From: a virus
Taxonomy: Duplodnaviria > Caudoviricetes
DNA: 64,000 nucleotides
IMG/VR virus record: IMGVR_UViG_3300028025_002470
Coordinates: 1,709-65,708 of that record
Reading direction: 5' to 3' (one strand)
Position numbers and translations under genes: made by a program. This document shows, piece after piece, positions 1 to 6,653 of this stretch. Within the stretch, counting starts at the first letter, position 1, and every line of letters starts with the position of its first letter. The notes beneath the pieces are model-generated. The model was not told the DNA's origin. It searched no databases and was given only the letters and a program-made list of their open reading frames with translations.

Positions 1-96
1 AATCCTGATGCTAAGCATTGTCCTCATGTTAAGGACAACAAAAAATGTGCAATGATTACTGATGGGTCTCTATGTAGATTCCATAAGTAATCCCCC

Positions 97-143
97 GAAC
101 TGCCGACCTAAGCGGTCATTCAGATTCGTTATCTGAGCAGTTC
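97..143 (+). ncRNA. Mini tRNA-like intergenic element, copy 1
   Basis: GAACTGC(97-103)/GCAGTTC(137-143) 7-bp stem; inner hairpin GACC-TAAGC-GGTC; T-arm TCAGA-TTCGTTA-TCTGA; no anticodon arm. Confidence 0.7.
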
Positions 144-163
144 CTTAATAAAAACACACACAT

Positions 164-319
164 ATGGAAGATTTAATATGGGTCGAATGTGGCTATTGCC
201 ATGGCGAACCTGTACCGGAAAAAGACAAAGAGTACTGCGCCTGTCCAACCTGTGACGGAGACGGCGGTTATTACATTCCTAACCAAATTTTACAACATGA
301 AAACGTATGCAGTAGTTAA
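164..319 (+). CDS. Small Zn-finger protein, 51 aa, not in ORF track
   Basis: Translates MEDLIWVECGYCHGEP...CPTCDGDGG, two CxxCxG motifs of DnaJ-like type; A/C-rich leader after element 1. Confidence 0.7.
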   Translation: MEDLIWVECGYCHGEPVPEKDKEYCACPTCDGDGGYYIPNQILQHENVCSS

Positions 320-452
320 AAACCCCTATGGAGGGGTTAAGGTATGGCACAAGAATGGTCGTGCCAAGTGGTACACGATTATAAACCACGAAGACCTAGA
401 AACTTATATAGCTAAACTCGTAGCACAAGGCTACACAAAATTTCAACCATGA
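297..452 (+). CDS. Hypothetical early protein (start ATG 297 rather than 189)
   Basis: MKTYAVVKNP..., overlaps the end of the upstream gene and the start of the next (ATGA). Confidence 0.65.
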   Translation: MKTYAVVKNPYGGVKVWHKNGRAKWYTIINHEDLETYIAKLVAQGYTKFQP

Positions 453-604
453 AGCTAGTTTACTCCCGAACCAAGCGTGTTCGCCGGTCCTTCACTATTG
501 AGGACCAAATCTTTAAAAAGTACATCGCATTGTATGGTTTTAAGGAAGCTAAGATAAAGTTCAAACTGCTCAAATTGAGAATCGAATTAAACCAACCGGT
601 ATGA
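449..604 (+). CDS. Hypothetical basic protein, 51 aa
   Basis: MKLVYSRTKRVRRSF..., ATGA overlaps at both ends. Confidence 0.55.
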   Translation: MKLVYSRTKRVRRSFTIEDQIFKKYIALYGFKEAKIKFKLLKLRIELNQPV

Positions 605-690
605 AAGATAAACAACTGCTTCTGATAGTTTTGCTGCTGATAGTGTTTGCCCTTACAATTGCAGGGAATAGTTCACCCGAATGTTGGTAA
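601..690 (+). CDS. Small single-TM membrane peptide, 29 aa
   Basis: MKDKQLLLIVLLLIVFALTIAGNSSPECW; stop lies just before element 2. Confidence 0.55.
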   Translation: MKDKQLLLIVLLLIVFALTIAGNSSPECW

Positions 691-698
691 ACACCCCC

Positions 699-741
699 GA
701 ACTGCAATGGTTGTATACCGGTTCGATTCCGGTAGCAGTTC
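699..741 (+). ncRNA. Mini tRNA-like intergenic element, copy 2
   Basis: GAACTGC-aatggttgta-TACCGG-TTCGATT-CCGGTA-GCAGTTC. Confidence 0.8.
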
Positions 742-759
742 CTCATCAAACCATGATTT

Positions 760-921
760 ATGACTATCGAACTAGACATCCTAGAGCTCATCGACCTCAG
801 AGTTCTATGCAAGGTTAGGCTCATGAAACTACAAGAAACTAACGTGAAAAATGAGGTGCTGAAAGAGATTATTGCAAAGGAGATTGCCAAATTAGAAAAC
901 CTTTTAAACAAATTACAATGA
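760..921 (+). CDS. Hypothetical coiled-coil protein, 53 aa
   Basis: MTIELDILELIDLRVLCK...; ATGA overlap with the gene at 918. Confidence 0.6.
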   Translation: MTIELDILELIDLRVLCKVRLMKLQETNVKNEVLKEIIAKEIAKLENLLNKLQ

Positions 922-1262
922 AGTATGTACACATTTCCACTTGGAACGGCGCAGACATGGACCTCCACAACTACGCCAAGATAGTTGATATTGATCCAGA
1001 ATCCTATCTCGATTCGCTCATTGAACCGGAGTTCGAGGTCAACAAAAAAGAGCGGATGCTAGAGTATTTTACCTTGGATGACGATGGCGAAATTATTGAC
1101 TTTGGTAGGCACACGCTGATTCCATATGAGGGGCATTTTGCGGTGGATATTAGCTGCAATATCAACACGTTTGATATACTGACCAAGGAAGAGTACAAAG
1201 TGGCTAGAAAAGGCTTCTATGACGACGGAGAGTACTACCGTAAGGTTATGAAGATATCCTAA
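918..1262 (+). CDS. Hypothetical acidic early protein
   Basis: 114-aa ORF in the operon; stop just before element 3. Confidence 0.75.
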   Translation: MKYVHISTWNGADMDLHNYAKIVDIDPESYLDSLIEPEFEVNKKERMLEYFTLDDDGEIIDFGRHTLIPYEGHFAVDISCNINTFDILTKEEYKVARKGFYDDGEYYRKVMKIS

Positions 1263-1270
1263 GCACCCCC

Positions 1271-1313
1271 GAACTGCAATGGTTGTACGGACGTTCGATT
1301 CGTCCGGCAGTTC
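1271..1313 (+). ncRNA. Mini tRNA-like intergenic element, copy 3
   Basis: GAACTGC-aatggttgta-CGGACG-TTCGATT-CGTCCG-GCAGTTC; T-stem differs from copy 2 but stays fully paired. Confidence 0.8.
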
Positions 1314-1333
1314 CTCAACAAAAACACAACACC

Positions 1334-1543
1334 ATGACAATTTCATTTGCCGGTACTGAATTATCGATTGAAGCCGTAACTATCCGTGACAAGGATAACG
1401 TCAGCTCTGTATGGTTATCCCCATATGAAACTGATGGGAATCAGGCTTATCCATGCGAACCTGAGAATGCACAGTTTTTTAGGATACTCAAAAAAGACTT
1501 ACATGACAGGGTTAGTGTAGTCGCCGACGTATTCGTTTACTGA
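1334..1543 (+). CDS. Hypothetical early protein (start ATG 1334)
   Basis: MTISFAGTELSIEAV... after an A/C-rich leader; the track start at 1283 lies inside the RNA element. Confidence 0.7.
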   Translation: MTISFAGTELSIEAVTIRDKDNVSSVWLSPYETDGNQAYPCEPENAQFFRILKKDLHDRVSVVADVFVY

Positions 1544-1578
1544 ATTGGATGTAGGGAGGTTCGATTCCTCCCTCAGTA
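1538..1578 (+). ncRNA. Mini tRNA-like intergenic element, copy 4
   Basis: TACTGA-attggatgta-GGGAGG-TTCGATT-CCTCCC-TCAGTA; the 5' strand contains the upstream TGA stop. Confidence 0.8.
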
Positions 1579-1597
1579 CCTCATCAAATCTAGAACC

Positions 1598-1750
1598 ATG
1601 AAATTTATCATTACAAGAACCTACGAGACAATCATCGAGGTGGACGCAGAAGACCTCGAGACAGCAGAAAAGCAGTTGGCTGAGATTGATATTTACGTCG
1701 TTGAATTAGAGCAGTGCTGTGTTGTTGACGAGACAATCACACACGAATAA
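1598..1750 (+). CDS. Hypothetical acidic protein, 50 aa
   Basis: MKFIITRTYETIIEVDAEDLETAE...; fills the gap between elements 4 and 5. Confidence 0.7.
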   Translation: MKFIITRTYETIIEVDAEDLETAEKQLAEIDIYVVELEQCCVVDETITHE

Positions 1751-1790
1751 ACTGAATGGTTGTAAGCAGGGTTCGATTCCCTGCTCAGTT
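1750..1790 (+). ncRNA. Mini tRNA-like intergenic element, copy 5
   Basis: AACTGA-atggttgtaa-GCAGGG-TTCGATT-CCCTGC-TCAGTT. Confidence 0.8.
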
Positions 1791-1810
1791 CCTCATCAAA
1801 ATCATGAACC

Positions 1811-2179
1811 ATGCTTGAAATCATCAAAGAAGCCTACACCGAAGTTGTAGAAGAGTTTAGTATAGAGTTCCGTACCGATAAATACGGCGGCTATTCATTC
1901 CCCTGCGACTACAAAGGCAATGTGCTAGAGTTAAACCCATATGCACAAGCCAATTACGAGAAGTGCCTATCCGGAGAGATTGAGGCTAGTGCGCCGTTTG
2001 TTAGTAGTTTGGTCAGGCATATCAGACATCCTAGGATATGCAGGTGCGAATGCGGTGACGAGTTGCCAATGGAGTGGGATAGCGAAGGTTTGGTTTACTG
2101 CCATTGTGGTAAGACATTCAACACATCAGGTCAGTCTATTCGTCCACGTTCAGAATGGGAAGAAAGATATGATTATTAA
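1811..2179 (+). CDS. Hypothetical Zn-ribbon protein
   Basis: CECG...CHCG motifs near the C-terminus. Confidence 0.75.
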   Translation: MLEIIKEAYTEVVEEFSIEFRTDKYGGYSFPCDYKGNVLELNPYAQANYEKCLSGEIEASAPFVSSLVRHIRHPRICRCECGDELPMEWDSEGLVYCHCGKTFNTSGQSIRPRSEWEERYDY

Positions 2180-2186
2180 TTCCCCC

Positions 2187-2232
2187 GAACTGCGAGGTAT
2201 GACCGAAGTCGGATCGAAACCGACCGCAGTTC
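2187..2232 (+). ncRNA. Mini tRNA-like intergenic element, copy 6
   Basis: GAACTGCG-aggtatgaccgaa-GTCGG-ATCGAAA-CCGAC-CGCAGTTC. Confidence 0.75.
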
Positions 2233-2251
2233 CTTATCAAAACCAAGAACC

Positions 2252-2437
2252 ATGTTTCTATTAATGTTTCCTGATAGGGCGAAAGCCTTAGCTGAATCCT
2301 TCGAACACTTTATGGTTGAGTACACGATTACTCCGCACGACAGCAGGTTTGTTAAGGTCGAATTCGAACCTAACGAATCATCACATTTTGCAGCATTTTA
2401 CGCTGGTACTATTCACTCAAATAAAAACAACACATGA
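2252..2437 (+). CDS. Hypothetical protein
   Basis: 61-aa ORF directly after element 6. Confidence 0.65.
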   Translation: MFLLMFPDRAKALAESFEHFMVEYTITPHDSRFVKVEFEPNESSHFAAFYAGTIHSNKNNT

Positions 2438-2613
2438 CTTTTAAAATCACAGAAAACGAGGGTCGTATTGAGGCTCTTATCGATGGCTCACTTATAGACA
2501 TCATTGGCGGAATAGGAGCGGCTTGTCTTGAAGACGAGCGAGTTATGGAGATTCTTGAAGCCACCCTGCAATTTGTTAAGAGGTATAAATTTGAAAACAC
2601 AAATCTGAACTAA
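2434..2613 (+). CDS. Hypothetical protein, 59 aa, not in ORF track
   Basis: MTFKITENEGRIEALIDG...; ATGA and TAATG overlaps with neighbours. Confidence 0.65.
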   Translation: MTFKITENEGRIEALIDGSLIDIIGGIGAACLEDERVMEILEATLQFVKRYKFENTNLN

Positions 2614-2804
2614 TGAACGAAAACGCACTCAAAGGTGACAGCACCATCGAAATCAAAGAAACGTATTGCGGACCAATGCATGGAGTAGGCTTCTCCAAGA
2701 CCGATGGATATATAATGCCAAAGGAGGAATACTATGCAGAACTCCGCAAGAATGGGTACACAATTGAATTCACTGAAAACGGCGTAATATGCTCTATAAA
2801 GTAA
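2613..2804 (+). CDS. Hypothetical protein
   Basis: Coupled ORF in the early operon. Confidence 0.65.
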   Translation: MNENALKGDSTIEIKETYCGPMHGVGFSKTDGYIMPKEEYYAELRKNGYTIEFTENGVICSIK

Positions 2805-3058
2805 TCGACACCGAAGACGGCTTCGATGTATACACCGAAGACGGAGGCATCGCTAAGGTCAACCTAGACGGCAATCAGTGGGTGACTAGCTACTATCAAG
2901 ACAGAGTTGGAGACCTGCCTGACATATGGATGGCGATGTCACAAGGACGCGTCTATACCAAGGTGTGGGAAGGTACACCAACAAGGCAGGAGATAGTGCA
3001 GGACGCTCTTGAATGGCTGGTTATGTTTGAGGGTGACTTTGAAGAAGGAGAATTTTAA
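2789..3058 (+). CDS. Hypothetical acidic protein
   Basis: 89-aa ORF overlapping the upstream gene. Confidence 0.65.
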   Translation: MLYKVIDTEDGFDVYTEDGGIAKVNLDGNQWVTSYYQDRVGDLPDIWMAMSQGRVYTKVWEGTPTRQEIVQDALEWLVMFEGDFEEGEF

Positions 3059-3067
3059 AACCAATAT

Positions 3068-3220
3068 ATGACAGCAATTATCATTCAGCAGCAAGGCGAA
3101 TCTATGCAGACAATTACCATTGTAAAGGACGGCTCAACTCGGATCATCCTAGTTAAGGATGGCAAGATTCTGAGTACCGACCCTAAAGATATCGAAATTT
3201 GTAAGGTGTTAGTTTCATAG
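3068..3220 (+). CDS. Hypothetical protein, 50 aa, not in ORF track
   Basis: MTAIIIQQQGESMQTITIVKDG..., ends just before a terminator. Confidence 0.6.
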   Translation: MTAIIIQQQGESMQTITIVKDGSTRIILVKDGKILSTDPKDIEICKVLVS

Positions 3221-3228
3221 GTGTTTAT

Positions 3229-3259
3229 CCCCTGACGTTTCTACGTTGGGGGTTTTTTT
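3229..3259 (+). terminator. Intrinsic terminator, TTTCTA-loop family copy 1
   Basis: CCCCTGACG-TTTCTA-CGTTGGGGG followed by T7. Confidence 0.8.
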
Positions 3260-3292
3260 AAATCGGGGACAGGAATACTGAACACAATTACC

Positions 3293-3547
3293 ATGAGAGG
3301 AACAATTGAATATCCCATCAATGGCACACCGCTAGAGATTTTTGTACACGGCGACGTCGTTGGTATATTGCATGACCACGAGGTCTACGTCCACAAGATT
3401 ATCGCCAAACTGAACAAGACAGAAGTATTCCGGTATGAAGACGGCGAAGAGAAGGGTCTGCTGATGATGACCGATATGTCTGAAGAGATACGGAATTTCA
3501 TATCAGCGTATTTAGTAGAATTAAAATTTTATTATGAGCAAGTTTAA
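3293..3547 (+). CDS. Hypothetical protein
   Basis: 84-aa ORF with A/C-rich leader. Confidence 0.65.
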   Translation: MRGTIEYPINGTPLEIFVHGDVVGILHDHEVYVHKIIAKLNKTEVFRYEDGEEKGLLMMTDMSEEIRNFISAYLVELKFYYEQV

Positions 3548-3764
3548 ACAAGTCATGGATTCGATTCAGCAAGGGTTATCGTTTAGCTGGGGGTTCGGGG
3601 GTTTTGGAGAACCAAGAGCAACCGACCTCAGAGACTCCTGCTTTGCCAATGAAGAGCAGAAGGTAGCACACCACCTGCAAATATTCATAACTAGGGCGCT
3701 CTTCGATAGTGGCAGAACGATAAGTTTTATCAAGGAAGGTGAACAAATAAAAATCTATTACTAA
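3534..3764 (+). CDS. Hypothetical protein
   Basis: 76-aa coupled ORF. Confidence 0.6.
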   Translation: MSKFKQVMDSIQQGLSFSWGFGGFGEPRATDLRDSCFANEEQKVAHHLQIFITRALFDSGRTISFIKEGEQIKIYY

Positions 3765-3967
3765 TGGAATTTAACGAATGGATGGCGTACATTTACAGAA
3801 TGAATGGACACCCCGAATTTAAAATCAGAACATATGAGCAGACTTGGAAACATCAAGCTAATATTCCGGACAATCAACGACGGGTTGATGAGGGTGGAAG
3901 CATTGCCCCATGCAGAGAGGGTGAGAACATTACAATCGCTAAGGGAAATAAACGAGGAGTTGTGTGA
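3764..3967 (+). CDS. Hypothetical protein
   Basis: TAATG coupling; overlaps the next ORF extensively, so the 3' part is uncertain. Confidence 0.4.
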   Translation: MEFNEWMAYIYRMNGHPEFKIRTYEQTWKHQANIPDNQRRVDEGGSIAPCREGENITIAKGNKRGVV

Positions 3968-4031
3968 TTATGTAATCGATATGGTAAAGTATGTAGAAAA
4001 AGAGAAGAATGAAACAAGAAAAGTTCAATGA
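3834..4031 (+). CDS. Hypothetical helical protein (probable start ATG 3834)
   Basis: MSRLGNIKLIFRTIND..., overlaps the next gene start. Confidence 0.55.
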   Translation: MSRLGNIKLIFRTINDGLMRVEALPHAERVRTLQSLREINEELCDYVIDMVKYVEKEKNETRKVQ

Positions 4032-4338
4032 GTTGATAGCAATGTCTCCGGTCAAATTAGACAAGAGCAGACGGAAAGAAGTCATACACGCCAAGAGCGC
4101 CATTATAAACGTAATGAGGCGCTATTACTCAACCACGACGGTTGAGTTGGCTCAGATGCTAGACATTCACCATTCGACGGTGATACACCACACAGATGAC
4201 CATGCTAGTAGGTACAGGTTTGAGAGTGCATATGCCGACCTCTATGACAGGATGGTAAGGCATATCATAAAGACGGATGGCATCGTGGATAGCAAGAGTA
4301 TGATTGAATTAATTAGAGAAAATCTAGCGGTAAAATAA
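4009..4338 (+). CDS. DnaA C-terminal-like helix-turn-helix DNA-binding protein
   Basis: TTVELAQMLDIHHSTVIHH resembles the DnaA domain IV signature (xDHxTVxH). Confidence 0.65.
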   Translation: MKQEKFNELIAMSPVKLDKSRRKEVIHAKSAIINVMRRYYSTTTVELAQMLDIHHSTVIHHTDDHASRYRFESAYADLYDRMVRHIIKTDGIVDSKSMIELIRENLAVK

Positions 4339-4349
4339 CCCTTGTGCTT

Positions 4350-4449
4350 TGTCGCCGTGGCTGGGTAAGATGTAGCTCTACTGCGTTTCGATCCGCGAAT
4401 AAATCAGTCGATAAGTAGAGCAGGCGGGTGGCAACTATCCAGAAGTTGC
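4350..4449 (+). ncRNA. Structured non-coding RNA of unknown class
   Basis: No ORF; stems GCTCTACT(4375-4382)/AGTAGAGC(4414-4421), TGTCGCC/GGTGGCA, GCAACT/AGTTGC. Confidence 0.45.
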
Positions 4450-4453
4450 AAAT

Positions 4454-4569
4454 ACCGAGAGTGGCGGAAGGATAGGGGAGTCACCCTGTCTTGGTAGACG
4501 CTATACGTAGATAACAACCATTAATTAATAGGGCGTGTTATCGTGCAGGTTCGAATCCTGCCTCTCGGT
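4454..4569 (+). tRNA. Aberrant tRNA-like gene with no assignable anticodon
   Basis: Acceptor (A)CCGAGAG/CTCTCGG(T); Leu-type D-arm TGGCGGAA...TGGTAGACGC; canonical T-arm GCAGG-TTCGAAT-CCTGC; hairpin inserted in the D-loop; oversized anticodon region; no CCA. Confidence 0.7.
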
Positions 4570-4593
4570 CACAGGTTTTTCATGGTTCATAAC

Positions 4594-4622
4594 GCCCGAT
4601 GTTTCTACATTGGGCTCTTTTT
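4594..4622 (+). terminator. Intrinsic terminator, TTTCTA-loop family copy 2
   Basis: GCCCGATG-TTTCTA-CATTGGGC then TCTTTTT. Confidence 0.75.
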
Positions 4623-4645
4623 AAAATCACAAACACATTAAGATT

Positions 4646-4927
4646 ATGACACGAGCAGAACAAAAAACAAACAAGGAAAGACAGCTACTAAAGGAACTCA
4701 TCGATAAGATGTTTGAAATAGCAGGACATGATGTTAAGTTTGAAGATGTAGAAGGTCGTACTGATGAGTGGTATCGACAATACACCATGACTGAGGCCCA
4801 AAACAAGGAATGGAGAGAATGGGGAACTAAACACATCAAAAAGAAGAAACGCTATTATTCAAAGATAGCTGCACGTGAAATGGCTTGGCTTGATCTCTAT
4901 TGTGGACTTAAAATTGAAAACAAATAA
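4646..4927 (+). CDS. Hypothetical protein
   Basis: 93-aa ORF with a good leader. Confidence 0.75.
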   Translation: MTRAEQKTNKERQLLKELIDKMFEIAGHDVKFEDVEGRTDEWYRQYTMTEAQNKEWREWGTKHIKKKKRYYSKIAAREMAWLDLYCGLKIENK

Positions 4928-4928
4928 C

Positions 4929-5117
4929 ATGGAAAAGACCGCAGTTGAATGGTTAGAATGGTTGTTTAAAGAAGGCATACTCAATCAAAAATCTTTTGAA
5001 ATAGCCAAACAAAAGGAGAAGGAGCAGATAAGAATAGCTTTCACGGATGGTCATTGGGATGGGCAGTTTAAGAAATTAACATCAGAGGAATATTACAATG
5101 AGCAATATGGAAAGTAA
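4929..5117 (+). CDS. Hypothetical protein (start ATG 4929)
   Basis: MEKTAVEWL...AKQKEKEQI...EYYNEQY, a pattern I associate with Bacteroidota phage small proteins. Confidence 0.7.
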   Translation: MEKTAVEWLEWLFKEGILNQKSFEIAKQKEKEQIRIAFTDGHWDGQFKKLTSEEYYNEQYGK

Positions 5118-5433
5118 AGCATGTACTAAATGTAGGGCAGTGAAACCACTCTCTGATTTTTGTGTAAAGACGTACTACAGGGGTGGTTATAACAACTACT
5201 GCAAGAGATGTCAGGCTTTGTATGTTAGGAAGACTGTAGACAAGGCACACAAGGAAGGCAAGAAGACCTGTAATACCTGCAATGAGGAGCGTGAGTATAG
5301 GTTCTTTTCAAGGAGTAAATCCGGTAAAGATGGTTACGTGGTAAGGTGTAAGCTCTGTCAGGCTGATGCAAAAAAGAAACCCTTGGCGGATATTAATTAC
5401 GCCGAATTCTATTACCCAATACGATTAGATTGA
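5098..5433 (+). CDS. Tandem Zn-ribbon protein
   Basis: Two repeats of CxxC...F...CKxC. Confidence 0.7.
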   Translation: MSNMESKACTKCRAVKPLSDFCVKTYYRGGYNNYCKRCQALYVRKTVDKAHKEGKKTCNTCNEEREYRFFSRSKSGKDGYVVRCKLCQADAKKKPLADINYAEFYYPIRLD

Positions 5434-5615
5434 AAGCTATAATAAAATTCAACAGCGGTAATCTGGCTATACTATGCTCTAAGTGCAAGGCTATAATCAA
5501 AACAGGTCATAAGTTTAACAAAGAAGAAGAGGCATTTGCTTTGGGCAAAGGCCACCTGCCTCCACAGTATTGTCGTACTTGTAGTACTAAAGAAGAAGAA
5601 AAACTAAACCAATAA
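5430..5615 (+). CDS. Small Zn-finger protein
   Basis: CSKC...YCRTC. Confidence 0.65.
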   Translation: MKAIIKFNSGNLAILCSKCKAIIKTGHKFNKEEEAFALGKGHLPPQYCRTCSTKEEEKLNQ

Positions 5616-5616
5616 T

Positions 5617-6336
5617 ATGTATTTACAGGCAGTAACAGTTTGCGTAAACTATTCAGACTTTTTGGCTCAGACAATAGCCAACAACAAGAACATCTTCAAT
5701 CACTGGCTTATCATAACTACTCCAGATGATAAGAAGACACAAAGGCTTTGTCATCATCACAACGTTGAGTGTTTAACCACCAATGTATTCACGGAGCAGG
5801 GAGATCCATTTAACAAAGCCAGAGGTATCAACATTGGTCTTGATTACATGACCAAGCATGATTGGGTATTACATCTTGATGCGGACATTTACTTACCGCC
5901 ACTTACAAGAGGTATACTAGAAAGGATATCCTTGAACGATAAGAACATCTATGGTATAGACAGGATGATGTGTCCAACCTTTGAAGAATGGAATAAGTAT
6001 GTTAAGAACCCCGAGCCGTCACATTCTGGATGGGTTTATATACACGGTAATGCATTCCCATTTGGCGTAAGGATTGGCGAGTACATGTCTGAGGGTTACG
6101 AGCCTATTGGTTTCTTTCAGCTCTGGAATCCTAACGGTTCGGGGGTAAAGAGGTATCCAGAAACACACGGCGCAGCAGACAGAACCGATGTTCAATTCGC
6201 CAAGAAGTGGTCTAGAGCTAACCGCGTACTCATACCAGAGATCATCGGAATACATCTCGACTCAGAGAACAGCACCGTAGAGGAGATGGGTAAGAACTGG
6301 AATGGCAGGAGGACAAAAGAGTTTGGCGGATACTAG
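5617..6336 (+). CDS. Glycosyltransferase, GT-A (GT2-like) fold
   Basis: FNKARGINIG, WVLHLDADI (DxD motif), GFFQL, HGAADRTD. Confidence 0.8.
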   Translation: MYLQAVTVCVNYSDFLAQTIANNKNIFNHWLIITTPDDKKTQRLCHHHNVECLTTNVFTEQGDPFNKARGINIGLDYMTKHDWVLHLDADIYLPPLTRGILERISLNDKNIYGIDRMMCPTFEEWNKYVKNPEPSHSGWVYIHGNAFPFGVRIGEYMSEGYEPIGFFQLWNPNGSGVKRYPETHGAADRTDVQFAKKWSRANRVLIPEIIGIHLDSENSTVEEMGKNWNGRRTKEFGGY

Positions 6337-6413
6337 TAAACGTGTGGATAAAAAACGAAAGAAAAATTTGGTATGTAATATGTAGAGCCATATAAAAAGC
6401 GGATCTTTGCATT

Positions 6414-6653
6414 ATGAAATACGACTACGTCAAGGACGTATTAAGATATAATGGGAAGTCATACCCACTATCAGACTACCGAGCGTGGCTGATAAGAAAT
6501 CATGAATCCCTATGTACAAACCACTTTGTTAAAGCAATCCGCTCCAAGGGGAAGACTGTCTTCACATTTGACTGGCAGTCTATCTTCTTGAGGGCAGAAG
6601 AGTATCAATTCCTAAACGATTATATAAATGAAAGCAATTCTTCAAGCTTATGA
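6414..6653 (+). CDS. Hypothetical protein
   Basis: 79-aa ORF after an AT-rich promoter-like gap. Confidence 0.65.
   Translation: MKYDYVKDVLRYNGKSYPLSDYRAWLIRNHESLCTNHFVKAIRSKGKTVFTFDWQSIFLRAEEYQFLNDYINESNSSSL

Noticed and set aside
97-2232. Early repeats as a CRISPR array
   Set aside because: Spacers are 170-560 nt and contain whole genes, repeats covary instead of being identical, and no cas genes are present.
97-2232. Early repeats as ordinary tRNA genes or intrinsic terminators
   Set aside because: They are under 50 nt with no anticodon arm, and are followed by A/C-rich leaders rather than U tracts.
3229-4615. TTTCTAC loop as a Cas12a direct repeat
   Set aside because: Only a 7-mer is shared; here it forms the loop of terminator-like hairpins and is not in an array.
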